64,000 nt of DNA from Ktedonobacteraceae bacterium. GTDB lineage: Bacteria; Chloroflexota; Ktedonobacteria; Ktedonobacterales; Ktedonobacteraceae. The stretch lies in the NCBI GenBank assembly GCA_035653615.1, contig DASRBN010000002.1:1-64000 (forward strand), written 5' to 3'. Of the stretch, positions 8,951-18,737 are shown piece after piece (positions within the stretch are counted from its first letter, which is position 1; every line of letters starts with the position of its first letter). Below the pieces are notes generated by a model. It made no database searches. It was not told where the DNA came from and saw nothing but the letters and a program-made list of their open reading frames with translations. The position numbers and the translations under genes are program-made.

Positions 8951-10732
8951 GTGCCGGAGAAAGTGATACATAACACGATGATAGGAGCGGTTTTACAGCA
9001 ACGGCAGCGTGAGATATTACAGGATGAGCGGAGAATTGCGCAGGAGCTGCAGGCGTGCCTGGTTGGATTTGAGGAGGCCGAGGCATACTCTACGACGTTA
9101 CGCGAGGTGATTACCTCATTGGATGAACTGTTCCTGCTGGTAGTGGTGGGCGAGTTCAACGCAGGAAAATCGGCCTGTATCAATGCGCTGCTGCATGCTA
9201 ATGTTCTGGAGGAGGGCGTGGTACCGACGACAAACCAGGTCACGATGCTGCGTTTCGGCGACCAGGATACAAGGCAATTACGAGACGGAGCAATCCTGGA
9301 ATTGCATTACCCGGCTGAATTTCTGCGCGATATCACCATCGTAGATACGCCGGGGGTAAACGCGGTGCTGCGACAGCACGAACGATTGACGGAGGATTTC
9401 ATACCGCGCAGCGATCTGATCCTGTTCGTGACCTCGGTGGACCGGCCCTTTACGGAGAGCGAGCGGGCTTTTATGGAGCGCATTCGCGCGTGGGGCAAAA
9501 AGGTCGTGATTGTGCTGAATAAAATCGACCTGCTGCGCACGCCGGAGGGATTGGCGGAAGTGGTCGATTTCGTGCATGAGAATTGTAAGAGCCTGCTGGG
9601 GTTCGAGCCTGAGATATTTCCGGTCTCGGCATTGCGGTCGCAGCAATCGCACACGGCTGTTGGGCACGAGGCGATACGCCTGTGGGAAGAGAGCGGGTTT
9701 AGCGCGCTGGAACATTACCTTTTCAAAAAGCTGGACGAGGTGGAACGGGTACGGTTGAAGTTGCTCAGCCCACTGGGCGTGATGCAGCGCCTGCTGGCAG
9801 AAACCCAGAGCGTGGTGGAGCAGCGGGCGAGCCTGCTGGCGGAAGATGCGCGAACGGTGAGCGCCATCGAAGACCAACTGCGCTTATACCGCGAGGATAT
9901 GGAGCAAAATTTCGGGCACCGCTTGAGCGAGATTGAAAATATTGTGCTGACGATGCGCGGGCGCGGTGATCGTTTCTTCGATGATACGATTCGCCTGGGG
10001 CGCATCTTCGACCTTATCCAGGCCAACCGGCTGCGGGATGAGTTCGAACGCGAAGTAATCGGCGATAGCGCGACGCGCATTGACGATGCGGTGCAGCAGT
10101 TGATCGACTGGCTGGTAGAGCATGAACACCGGCTGTGGCAGGATATCATGGAGTACCTGGACCGGCGACGGCAGGTGAGCGCGCGGCGCGATAGCGAAAT
10201 GGTCGGGACCATAGGCAGGCAGTTCGACTATAATCGCCGTACATTGTTGCAGTCTGTGGCGCGAATGGCGCATACGGTTGTGAATAGCTACGATCACCAG
10301 TCGGAGGCGCTGGTGCTGTCGCAGAATTTGCGCAATTCGGTGGCGCAGGCGGCTATCGCGGGTGCGGGCGGCATTGGATTAGGAGCGATTGTGGTAGCGG
10401 CGGTTGGGACGGCGGCGGCAGATGTGACCGGAATACTGGCGGGTCTGGTGCTGCTGAGCCTGGGTTTATACATTATACCGGCGCGCCGCACGCGGGCAAA
10501 GCGGGACTTCGATGAGAAGATGGAGGAGCTGCGCACACGTTTGCACGAGTCCATGGAGGAACAATTCCGCAAAGAATTGAATAACGCGACAGGCCGCGTG
10601 CAGGATGCGATTGCGCCATATACGCGCTTTGTGCGTGCCGAGCAAGAAAAAACGACAACGATGCAGGAATTGATCACGCGCCTGAATAACGCAGTGCTAG
10701 CACTAAGAAATACCATCGAAACAATAGCATAA
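8951..10732 (+). CDS. Bacterial dynamin-like GTPase with C-terminal transmembrane hairpin
   Basis: G1 P-loop GEFNAGKSACINALL, G3 DTPGVN, G4 VLNKIDLL. C-terminal hydrophobic hairpin AAIAGAGGIGLGAIVVAAVGTAAADVTGILAGLVLLSLGLYII. GTG start as in the ORF track. Confidence 0.75.
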   Translation: MPEKVIHNTMIGAVLQQRQREILQDERRIAQELQACLVGFEEAEAYSTTLREVITSLDELFLLVVVGEFNAGKSACINALLHANVLEEGVVPTTNQVTMLRFGDQDTRQLRDGAILELHYPAEFLRDITIVDTPGVNAVLRQHERLTEDFIPRSDLILFVTSVDRPFTESERAFMERIRAWGKKVVIVLNKIDLLRTPEGLAEVVDFVHENCKSLLGFEPEIFPVSALRSQQSHTAVGHEAIRLWEESGFSALEHYLFKKLDEVERVRLKLLSPLGVMQRLLAETQSVVEQRASLLAEDARTVSAIEDQLRLYREDMEQNFGHRLSEIENIVLTMRGRGDRFFDDTIRLGRIFDLIQANRLRDEFEREVIGDSATRIDDAVQQLIDWLVEHEHRLWQDIMEYLDRRRQVSARRDSEMVGTIGRQFDYNRRTLLQSVARMAHTVVNSYDHQSEALVLSQNLRNSVAQAAIAGAGGIGLGAIVVAAVGTAAADVTGILAGLVLLSLGLYIIPARRTRAKRDFDEKMEELRTRLHESMEEQFRKELNNATGRVQDAIAPYTRFVRAEQEKTTTMQELITRLNNAVLALRNTIETIA

Positions 10733-10775
10733 AGGGTTCCCAACCCCGATAATTTTTAACAACCAGCAGCGAGCT

Positions 10776-10896
10776 ATGTCATTCTGAGCGGAGCGAAGAA
10801 TCTGCGGTAAATAGGTGCTAGCGGTGTCATTCTGAGCGCAGCGAAGAATCTCAGCGTTCCAAGGTACAGATTCTTCGCTGCGCTCAGAATGACACC
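10776..10896. repeat. Palindromic repeat element, copy 2 (one partial direct unit plus inverted pair with 29-bp arms and 17-nt spacer)
   Basis: atgtcattctgagcggagcgaagaatctgcgg...GGTGTCATTCTGAGCGCAGCGAAGAATCTcagcgttccaaggtacaGATTCTTCGCTGCGCTCAGAATGACACC. It fills the gap between convergent dynamin and SPFH genes and abuts the SPFH stop codon. Confidence 0.8.
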
Positions 10897-10897
10897 A

Positions 10898-12469
10898 CTA
10901 GCGTTTGGTATTTGAGCCTACGCGTGCCTGGGCATTGTCCTCGATGGATTTGGCGCGTTGATAGAGGGTTCTCGCGGCACGTGCGGCGTCGAAATCGGCA
11001 TTCTGGCTGAGCTGCGGGTCGTGAGAAACTACCTCGAATTGACGAGCGATACCGCGAATAGTATTCGGGTCAGTAATACGGCTCTGCCGGACGGCCTCAT
11101 AGAGTTCCTTCAGTGAATCCATGCTGATAGGCCGGGAGGATAAGTCTGTGGGAGCATCGGAAGTGGATGCCGGTTGGGGTGGAACCTCCCGTTGTTGCAC
11201 GGCATTGCTAACCATTACGACTGTTGCATCATCGTCGCCGGCAGAGGGACCTGGTGCGACTGGAGTTCCTGTCCTGGTGGGTTGTTGCGCAGGCTGATCT
11301 GCAGGGTCCGGGGCATGACTGGCGGCAGGTACAGGCCTTTTTGTTTGTGCTTGCATGCCAGGAGGAGCAGTTGTGACAGGCATTAAATGAGGGATAAGGG
11401 TAATATCCTGGATGCGCACCCAGTTGACCTGAACGCCCCAGCCTGCTACGCGGTCCTGCGTGCGCGAAGCAAGGGCATGATTAATACGATCCCAGCGCGT
11501 ATCCTGAATTGGATCGAGGGGGGCAGGAGAGTGAGACGAGCGTAGAGGCTGACCCTGAGCCTGTGGCCAGGCGGTGAAATCGGCTGGGGAGAGCTGGCTG
11601 ACCAGAGCTTGAAGGGTGCCGATAAAGAGCTTATGCAGGCTTTCCTCCCAATTCTCGACGCTCAGGGTGAGGTAGGCGTCTTCGGGCACGACCTGAAAAG
11701 AGATGGTGGCTATGAGACGCACATCCTGATCGCGGGAGATTTTTACGACCTGCAACGGAGTTGTCCAGACCTTTTCCTTTATGCTGACGCGCTGGACAAC
11801 CTTTTCCCACGGCCAGAGAAATGCAGGGCCAGAATCAAGCGTGCGGCTGTATTTGCCGAAGGAATGAACGATCTCGACAGAGCCAGCGGCTACAATGCGA
11901 ACGCCGCGGCGCGCGTAGAACAGCACGATGACCAGTATGATAATCAAGAGGATGATGGCGCCACGGAGGCCAAAAATGGCAAAGGTGCCGACTAGCAGGA
12001 AGAGCGTGTAGCCCAGGGCGAGGCAGAGCAACCAGAGGTCGTCATTGGAGCCGACGTAGTAAAGCATAGTGCCTTGCAGGATAGCAAGGGCAAGCAATAG
12101 AATTGCCAGTGGCAGGGGTTGCAGATTAGGATGTGGCGACTTGTAGATGACGACATAGGTGATGATGAAGACGAAAAGGGCAAAAGGCAGAGGGACAAGA
12201 ATGGGCGAGAAGAGGCGCCCGAAATTGCGCAACGATTCCAGGGTAAAGAAAGAAGCATTGCCATCATCCTGATCTTCGTCCTCGTCAACGGCATCATCTG
12301 AATCGGCAGAATCGACCTGATTGGCCCTGGTATTTACGAACTGCGCCTGCATATTCTGAGCAGGTGGAGCTGAGCCATAGCCAGTTATGCCATTCCGGTC
12401 ATTTTCATCATCGTCGCCGTCACCCGGGTTTTGCCAGGTAGAACTAGAATCATCCTGATCCGTTGTCAT
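10898..12469 (-). CDS. Membrane protein with SPFH/band-7-like domain and disordered acidic N-terminal region
   Basis: Two or three TM helices, then VAAGSVEIVHSFGKYSRTLDSGPAFLWPW...VRLIATISFQVV resembling the SPFH fold. Start re-placed at MTTDQDD (ATG 12469) so that it does not overlap ricT. Confidence 0.5.
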   Translation of the reverse strand: MTTDQDDSSSTWQNPGDGDDDENDRNGITGYGSAPPAQNMQAQFVNTRANQVDSADSDDAVDEDEDQDDGNASFFTLESLRNFGRLFSPILVPLPFALFVFIITYVVIYKSPHPNLQPLPLAILLLALAILQGTMLYYVGSNDDLWLLCLALGYTLFLLVGTFAIFGLRGAIILLIIILVIVLFYARRGVRIVAAGSVEIVHSFGKYSRTLDSGPAFLWPWEKVVQRVSIKEKVWTTPLQVVKISRDQDVRLIATISFQVVPEDAYLTLSVENWEESLHKLFIGTLQALVSQLSPADFTAWPQAQGQPLRSSHSPAPLDPIQDTRWDRINHALASRTQDRVAGWGVQVNWVRIQDITLIPHLMPVTTAPPGMQAQTKRPVPAASHAPDPADQPAQQPTRTGTPVAPGPSAGDDDATVVMVSNAVQQREVPPQPASTSDAPTDLSSRPISMDSLKELYEAVRQSRITDPNTIRGIARQFEVVSHDPQLSQNADFDAARAARTLYQRAKSIEDNAQARVGSNTKR

Positions 12470-12494
12470 AAATATTTGCACCTCTCTTTTCTTA

Positions 12495-13553
12495 TTAGTG
12501 ACCAATGATGGTTCGCGCGTCGTAGGTTTGGGGGCGCGTTTGTCCCACCCTGCATCCACCACCCCCGCCAGAATTCGAGCCACAGGTGCAGCCACCGGTC
12601 TTGCCACAGCCACAAGCGGATGAGCCGGCAGAAGCTTTCGCCGTCGCATTGCTCACTCCACAGGAGCCACAGCCGCCACCAGCTTTGATGCCACAGGAGG
12701 CACAGCCACCAGCCTTATCGTTTGTATCCTGTTGAGGTTGTACCGGAACCTGTATAATGACGCCACTTTCCAGCATCACCTCAACGGAAGATTTCGGCAC
12801 ATTGATGGAAACTACCCTGCCCGTGCCGCTGGGGGTATCCAGAAAGGTGCCGACCTGCGGCATGGTCTGTTTGGCCTGGATGTAGTTCTCGTTTTCGTAT
12901 GAGAGACAACATAGCAGGCGGCCACAGACGCCGGAGATTTTGGCGGGGTTGAGCGGCAAATCCTGCTCTTTAGCCATCTTGATCGACACGACGCCAAAAT
13001 CGCTGATCCACGAACTACAACACAAGGTTTTGCCGCATGGGCCTACCCCGCCTTGCAGCTTGGCCTGGTCGCGCGCTCCGATTTGACGCAGTTCAATGCG
13101 CGTGCGGAATGTGGCTGCCAGGTCTCGCACGAGGGCGCGGAAATCGACCCGCTCATCGGCGGTAAAGTAGAATGTCAGGCGGCTGCCATCAAACGTATAT
13201 TCGGCCTCGACTAATTTCATAGGCAACTGGTGCTGCGCGACATGCCTGGCACATTGCACCAGCGCGTCTTTCTCTTTTCCTTTGAAAGAGAGCATCATGC
13301 GCAGTTCGTCTTCGGTAGCCAGGCGCAGAACAGGCTTTAAGGGGTCGCTTAGTTCGCTTGCGGCGATCTTCTTGGAGGCGATAACGACCCTACCAGCTTC
13401 TACACCGCGTACCGTTTCGACAATGACATATTGACCTGTCGTATAAGTTGCCCCCTGTGGGTCGAAGTTGTAAATACGCCCGGCGGGACGAAAACGAATG
13501 CCGACGATGGTAACCATGTTCTCTACGGTTGTCGCAGAAGACATTGTTGTCAA
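12495..13553 (-). CDS. ricT: PSP1 C-terminal domain protein RicT (YaaT) with unusual Cys/Gly-rich C-terminal tail
   Basis: PSP1 domain signature (FDGSRLTFYFTADERVDFRALVRDLAATFRTRIELRQIGARD...GPCGKTLCCSSWISDFG...CGRLLCCLSYE). About 70-aa C-terminal tail rich in Cys and Gly. Confidence 0.75.
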   Translation of the reverse strand: MTTMSSATTVENMVTIVGIRFRPAGRIYNFDPQGATYTTGQYVIVETVRGVEAGRVVIASKKIAASELSDPLKPVLRLATEDELRMMLSFKGKEKDALVQCARHVAQHQLPMKLVEAEYTFDGSRLTFYFTADERVDFRALVRDLAATFRTRIELRQIGARDQAKLQGGVGPCGKTLCCSSWISDFGVVSIKMAKEQDLPLNPAKISGVCGRLLCCLSYENENYIQAKQTMPQVGTFLDTPSGTGRVVSINVPKSSVEVMLESGVIIQVPVQPQQDTNDKAGGCASCGIKAGGGCGSCGVSNATAKASAGSSACGCGKTGGCTCGSNSGGGGGCRVGQTRPQTYDARTIIGH

Positions 13554-13585
13554 TCCTTACGTTGGCTCTCTATCCTTAGAGGGCG

Positions 13586-14158
13586 TTACATTTCGTTAGT
13601 GAGCAGGATGGCCTCGGCAACTTCGCGCATGGACTTGCGATTGTTCATGCTGGCCTTCTGTATCTTGCGAAATGCCTCTTGCTCGCTGAGACCCTGCTTT
13701 TCCATCAACAACCCCTTGGCGCGTTCGACGACCTTGCGCGTCTCCAGTTGCTCGCTAAGCGTGCGCGTCTTTTCTTCGAGGGCGCGAAACTCACCATAGC
13801 GCGCCAGGGCAACTTCTATGGCCGGGGTCACCTCGCTTTCGCGCAGGGGCTTGACGATATAGTTGACCACTCCTGCTTCTTTGGCTCGCTCGACCAGTGG
13901 CTGGTCGCCAAAAGCGGTGAGCAACAGGACGGGGGCTATTTTTTCCTGCGTGAGCGTTTCTGCCGCCGTGATGCCATCCATATCAGGCATACGAATATCC
14001 ATAATGACCAGGTCGGGACGCAACTCGCGGGCGAGGTTGACGGCGCTTATGCCGTCGCCTGCCTCACCGACTACCAGATAACCCTGCTTGGTCAGAACAT
14101 CTTTCAAATCCATGCGCTGAATCGTTTCGTCATCAGCAATTATTACACGTGTAGGCAT
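13586..14158 (-). CDS. ANTAR-domain response regulator (AmiR/NasT family), orphan
   Basis: REC domain (VIIADDETIQRMDLKDVL...DLVIMDIRMPDMDG) plus C-terminal ANTAR (ERAKGLLMEKQGLSEQEAFRKIQKASMNNRKSMREVAEAIL). Strong RBS AAAGGAGAA before ATG 14158. Confidence 0.8.
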   Translation of the reverse strand: MPTRVIIADDETIQRMDLKDVLTKQGYLVVGEAGDGISAVNLARELRPDLVIMDIRMPDMDGITAAETLTQEKIAPVLLLTAFGDQPLVERAKEAGVVNYIVKPLRESEVTPAIEVALARYGEFRALEEKTRTLSEQLETRKVVERAKGLLMEKQGLSEQEAFRKIQKASMNNRKSMREVAEAILLTNEM

Positions 14159-14170
14159 AGTGGTTCTCCT

Positions 14171-15019
14171 TTACCTTTTCCGTTCGCGGCGCTGGTTGTA
14201 GCGCTGCTGCTGGCGATACTCCTGGTAGAGGTCATCATCGACGCCTTTCACTCCCTGCTTCATTGCTGGTGGCTGATTCCTGATACTTCCAGGTTCAGAA
14301 GTACTCTTTGTCTGAACTGTTTTGCGCTGTGCTGACTGCTGACCACTCAACCCCGCCAGGTTGCGGGGGATGAGGTCGAAGCGCGCCAGAACGATTAAGA
14401 CGACGATCAACGTCAACAGGAAAAGGACTGTTGACAGGTTAACGGGAAATGACCCGATCGAGAAAAGCGTATAATTCATTTTATTCACGGTCAGGTAATT
14501 CGTCTCAAATGTGCCGATGAAATCGGCAATAATCAGGTACAGGAGCATGCCGAAGAGGTATTTCATCTTGAATGCCCCTGCCGGACGAGTGGGCGCGCTG
14601 CGAACCGCGGCGCTTCTGGCCGGCGCGCTTTTAACAGGCGCACTGGCAGCCGGCTGCTTGCTCTCTTTTGCTTGTACCGCTGTTTTCCCGGCTGTGGCGC
14701 GCGCGAGACGAGCCTGAGCAGGGTTCACTTCCGGTTTCTCCGTAGTCTTGCCGACCGTGGAAAAGAATTTCGGCAGGCGACGAGAGGGTGCAGTGACAGT
14801 CTTTGTTTCCTCGACTGCCTGGTTCGTAGTCCCGGTGTCGCTATCGCCACCGGACGAGATCAGCTCTTCCTGCGCTTTTTTATCATCTTCCGGTTCGGCG
14901 AGCGAATCGGGCGTTGCAGTGACGAGAACCGGGCGATTGCGGTTCGCGCGGCTGCGCCTGGCCGAACTGGATTTTCCGGCTGCATTCCCTCCTGGCCCCG
15001 AACCTGGTGCTTGTGTCAT
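14171..15019 (-). CDS. Hypothetical membrane protein (disordered Ala/Pro/Lys-rich N-terminus, two TM helices, basic tail)
   Basis: ORF with two clear TM segments (YLFGMLLYLIIADFIGTF; TVLFLLTLIVVLIVLARF). Stop overlaps the upstream gene start (ATGA). No recognisable domain. Confidence 0.45.
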   Translation of the reverse strand: MTQAPGSGPGGNAAGKSSSARRSRANRNRPVLVTATPDSLAEPEDDKKAQEELISSGGDSDTGTTNQAVEETKTVTAPSRRLPKFFSTVGKTTEKPEVNPAQARLARATAGKTAVQAKESKQPAASAPVKSAPARSAAVRSAPTRPAGAFKMKYLFGMLLYLIIADFIGTFETNYLTVNKMNYTLFSIGSFPVNLSTVLFLLTLIVVLIVLARFDLIPRNLAGLSGQQSAQRKTVQTKSTSEPGSIRNQPPAMKQGVKGVDDDLYQEYRQQQRYNQRRERKR

Positions 15020-15702
15020 GATTGGCCTCCACGAGATTCATTATACTGATCGAGTGGCAACTGCTCATCTTCAGAGCTGTAAGAGCCATCCTGATCAGGA
15101 TCGAGATGATGAGTGCTATTTGGAACATTTTGTGGTGCCGGCGCCGGATTGGCAGGCGCGTTGTAGAGCGAGCTGGCAGGAGACGGCATGGGAGGATATG
15201 ATGGCGTTGGCTGTAGAGCCGGCCTTGGTTGTGCCTGTCCTACCGGCTGTGGATGCTGCACAGGTTGCATGGCGGGAGCAGCCGGGGCCATAGCCTCCAA
15301 CGCTGCCAGGCCAGCACGCGCGATATCGTCATCACGGCCAGGCGCGTTGCCTCCGCTTACACCGATGCCGCCAACAGTCGCACCGCCGAGTCGAATAGGC
15401 CACCCTCCTGCCGCCATGATGAACTTTCCTTGCGACATGGCGGCCATGCTCGAGGCGAAGCCGGGGATACCGGAACCCCACTGGGCCACAGCGTCGGTCG
15501 ATTGATTGAACATCACTGCTGTACTGGCCTTGGCAACGCTGATATTGCCGGTGGCCCACCCATAGGGGGACATCATCCGCTCAAAAAGCACCAGATGACC
15601 GCCGGCATCGACGATGGCGATGCTCACAGGGCTGCGCAATTCTATAGCGCGCTGCTTGCTGGCTTCGAGAATGCGTCGCGCAATATCTATGGTTAAGTTC
15701 AT
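15016..15702 (-). CDS. GlcG/HbpS-like (DUF336) heme-binding-family protein with Pro-rich C-terminal tail
   Basis: MNLTIDIARRILEASKQRAIELRSPVSIAIVDAGGHLVLFERM...GGIGVSGGNAPGRDDDIARAGL. Start re-placed at ATG 15702. Confidence 0.65.
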   Translation of the reverse strand: MNLTIDIARRILEASKQRAIELRSPVSIAIVDAGGHLVLFERMMSPYGWATGNISVAKASTAVMFNQSTDAVAQWGSGIPGFASSMAAMSQGKFIMAAGGWPIRLGGATVGGIGVSGGNAPGRDDDIARAGLAALEAMAPAAPAMQPVQHPQPVGQAQPRPALQPTPSYPPMPSPASSLYNAPANPAPAPQNVPNSTHHLDPDQDGSYSSEDEQLPLDQYNESRGGQS

Positions 15703-15832
15703 ACGTCTGTCACTCCTTCTCGGGCGCAGTATGCGCGCCCAACGGATGATGTGCCGCTCAATACAAGATTGACCACGCGGCCTTCTGATGCTGTTAGTAT
15801 AACGTATTGAGCGGGGAGTCACAAGAGGGTTA

Positions 15833-16660
15833 TTATACACTCCCTGTCAAACTGATTCTCTCCCTCCGCCACTCCAACTTGCTATACTTCTCCTCGACCA
15901 ACTGCTGAGCCATCTCCCATTCCGACGCGCTCAACTCGCCAGGCACAAACTCTGCCCGCAAAGCCTCACCAAAACCGCTACGGAAGGTATGAGCGACATC
16001 ATCCCAGGATGCACCGGGCACGAAGGTGTGCAGGGGCGTCGTCTTTTCGCGATATTGGGCCAGGGCCTCCTGGCGCGAATCTTCATTCGGGAAGCGCAAC
16101 ATGGCGAAAAACTCGGCGGAACGATCATCGAGCGGGAGCGAACCCTGTTGCAGCAGGGCATCATCCTTCCAGACCTGGGCGCTACCGACCAGTTTGAAGC
16201 CCCCGCTGGTGAGATCGGCCTGCGTAGAGGAGGCAAAACAGGCAGCCGAAGGATGTTTGCTCACGCGCTCATCGCTGAGTTCGGCCCGCACACCCAAAAG
16301 GTTGAGAGCGGCGAGCAAACCCTGGGCGAGATAGGCATAGGCGGCCACTACGCCCGCCGGAACGCCGAAGCGCTTACCGATAACGATGCTGTAGGTAAAT
16401 TCATCGCAGTGATAGACGGCACGCCCACCCGTTGGCCGGCGTACCAGCGCGACTCCCTGTTGTTCGCACACATCGCGCAGGATTTCGCGTTCGATACTCT
16501 GGAAGCGTCCCAGCGAGATGGACGGCTGCGACCAGCGAAAGACGCGCAGAGTTGGAGGCGCCTCGCCCCGCAGGTGATGGGTCAGCACCGCCTCGTCGAT
16601 AGCCATATTCATAGCGGCATGCTGGATGCCGGTGTTTAAGAAGCGATAGGGTTCGGACAT
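15833..16660 (-). CDS. Lipoate-protein ligase / octanoyltransferase family protein (BPL_LplA_LipB domain)
   Basis: MSEPYRFLNTGIQHAAMNMAIDEAVL...LRVFRWSQPSISLGRFQ...RRPTGGRAVYH. Start re-placed at ATG 16660 with an AAGGAA RBS. Confidence 0.7.
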   Translation of the reverse strand: MSEPYRFLNTGIQHAAMNMAIDEAVLTHHLRGEAPPTLRVFRWSQPSISLGRFQSIEREILRDVCEQQGVALVRRPTGGRAVYHCDEFTYSIVIGKRFGVPAGVVAAYAYLAQGLLAALNLLGVRAELSDERVSKHPSAACFASSTQADLTSGGFKLVGSAQVWKDDALLQQGSLPLDDRSAEFFAMLRFPNEDSRQEALAQYREKTTPLHTFVPGASWDDVAHTFRSGFGEALRAEFVPGELSASEWEMAQQLVEEKYSKLEWRRERISLTGSV

Positions 16661-16671
16661 TGATGGTTCCT

Positions 16672-17853
16672 TCAGGATAAGCGAGAGCGCGCAGCCTTCC
16701 ATTTTTCGCGCTGGTCTTCACGCACCTTCTCTGAGGTGGGGACATACTGCGCTAAAAAGGTGTCGCGAAATTCGGGGAACGTTCCGGCCAGGATGCTGGC
16801 GCGAATCTCACCCGCCAGGCGCAACATGAAGCGGATATTATGGATGCTCCCCAATCGATAATACAATTGCTCCTCAGCCCTGGCAAGGTGATGCACGTAT
16901 GCCGCGCTGTAATTGCGACAGGTGTAGCAATCGCAGCCCTCTTCGACCGGGCCATGCTGGGCCGAGAAGCGCGACGCCTTGATATTGACACGTCCCTGGC
17001 GCGTGAAGAGGCCGCCGTGACGGGCAACCCGCGTGGGCAGGACGCAATCGAACATATCCATACCGAGGCTGACCCCCATCACCAGGTCTTCAGGAGAACC
17101 CACGCCTAACAAATGGCGTGGCTTGTCCCGTGGCAATTCGGGAGTCACGCAGCCCAATAATTCCCACATTTCGGCCTTGGGTTCGCCGACCGATAGCCCG
17201 CCAATGGAGAGGCCACGAAACGGCAGATTGCCGATGTAGTGGGCGCTTTGCCGCCGCAGTTCTGGATCGAAGGCGCCCTGCACAATGCCGAACAGCGTTT
17301 GCTCCGGTCGATACTGTTCCTTAGCAACCAGCGCGCGCTCGGCCCAGCGATGCGTCATCTCCATCGCATCTCGCGCCGCTTCGCGAGAACAAGGATAGGG
17401 CGCGCAGATATCCAGCGGCAGGATGATGTCCGCGCCAAGCTCGGACTCGATCTGCATCACGCTCTCCGGCGTCAGCATATGGGCGGAGCCATCCAGGTGT
17501 GATTTGAAAGCGGCCCCTTCCTCGCTCAATTTGCGCAGGTGCCCCAGGCTGAATACCTGGAAGCCGCCGCTATCGGTCAGAATAGGCCCATCCCAATGCA
17601 TAAAAGTGTGCAGGCCACCAAATTCGGCGATCAAGCGCGAGCCGGGGCGCAGCATCAGGTGATAGGTATTGGCGAGAATAATCTGCGCGCCCGCCTCGCG
17701 CAACTCCTCGGGTGAGACGCTCTTCACACTGGCCTGCGTCCCGACGGGCATAAAGATAGGCGTCGAAATCGTGCCGTGGGGCGTCTGGATGGTTCCCGCG
17801 CGCGCCCAGCTTGCAGGACATTCGGCGTCAATGGTGAATGAAAACGTTGGCAT
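16672..17853 (-). CDS. tgt: Queuine tRNA-ribosyltransferase
   Basis: FSFTIDAE...ARAGTIQTPHGTISTPIFMPVGTQASVK. Zinc site CDCYTCRNYSAAYVHHL. Start re-placed at MPTFSF (about 17852–17853, ±1 nt). Confidence 0.9.
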   Translation of the reverse strand: MPTFSFTIDAECPASWARAGTIQTPHGTISTPIFMPVGTQASVKSVSPEELREAGAQIILANTYHLMLRPGSRLIAEFGGLHTFMHWDGPILTDSGGFQVFSLGHLRKLSEEGAAFKSHLDGSAHMLTPESVMQIESELGADIILPLDICAPYPCSREAARDAMEMTHRWAERALVAKEQYRPEQTLFGIVQGAFDPELRRQSAHYIGNLPFRGLSIGGLSVGEPKAEMWELLGCVTPELPRDKPRHLLGVGSPEDLVMGVSLGMDMFDCVLPTRVARHGGLFTRQGRVNIKASRFSAQHGPVEEGCDCYTCRNYSAAYVHHLARAEEQLYYRLGSIHNIRFMLRLAGEIRASILAGTFPEFRDTFLAQYVPTSEKVREDQREKWKAARSRLS

Positions 17854-18267
17854 GCATTCCTCAACAATTAGAAAACAGGTATATAGTACAATTGTCTCAT
17901 ATGCGTCAAGCCGCCTGGGGTGACCCATAGTAGCTCCAGAGCGTATCCTTGCATTCACCCTGGTAGAGCCTTCAAGAGCGCTTCTCTAGAGGGCCAGGGA
18001 GCGAAATAACCATACGAATGCAGGCTTGCATGTAAAGAATACACATAAAAATTCCATAAAAATTCAGAATTTAACGAGAAATCTCTTGCAAACTGGCAAT
18101 GAATCGTGTATGCTCTTTTGCGGTATCTATCCGATCTCGGTCTGGCATATAGTGATCTTCCAGCACATCCGGTCCCGCGCTGCTTGGGGTGACAGACAAA
18201 CTGGTGACATCCGCCAGGATATGGACGACCCGGAGGAATACCAACATATCACTAAGGAGGTCCCTAG

Positions 18268-18579
18268 TTGAATTTCGTTGACAAAACCCTGAAGTGCCGT
18301 GAATGCGGAAATGATTTCGTTTTCACAGCGGGCGAACAAGAGTTTTACTCACAAAAAGGGTTGATGAACCAACCCGGTCGTTGTCCCTCATGCCGCGCGG
18401 CGCGCCGCAGCTCGTCTGGCAGCATGGGAGGCGGTCGCTCCGAGCGCGGCCCACGCGAAATGCACACGGTGATTTGCGCCGAGTGCGGCGTTGAGACGCA
18501 GGTTCCATTCTTGCCCAAGAATGATCGACCCGTGTATTGCAGCACCTGCTACGATAAAATTCGCGTCGCACGCAATTAG
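18268..18579 (+). CDS. Double zinc-ribbon domain protein (two CxxC-x17-21-CxxC units with Ser/Gly/Arg linker)
   Basis: KCRECGNDFVFTAGEQEFYSQKGLMNQPGRCPSCR and ICAECGVETQVPFLPKNDRPVYCSTCYDK. TTG start 8 nt after an AAGGAGG RBS. Candidate promoter TTGCAA-17-TATGCT at about 18097–18125. Confidence 0.6.
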   Translation: MNFVDKTLKCRECGNDFVFTAGEQEFYSQKGLMNQPGRCPSCRAARRSSSGSMGGGRSERGPREMHTVICAECGVETQVPFLPKNDRPVYCSTCYDKIRVARN

Positions 18580-18688
18580 TAGCCTGCGAATTCATCGAGC
18601 TTGTGCGGCCAATATTTGTTGGGCCGGCCCGCATTCGACGTTTTGACCGGATGAGGGTTGTTCCAGGCTTGCCTGGAAGTAAAGCAAG

Positions 18689-18737
18689 AGACAAGGCCAG
18701 GGCAGCTTCGTGGCCTCGTCCCTTTTTTATTTTTGGC
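18689..18737 (+). terminator. Putative intrinsic terminator of the zinc-ribbon gene
   Basis: An imperfect GC-rich stem (gacaaggcc...ggcctcgtc) is followed by ccctttttta ttttt. Confidence 0.5.
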
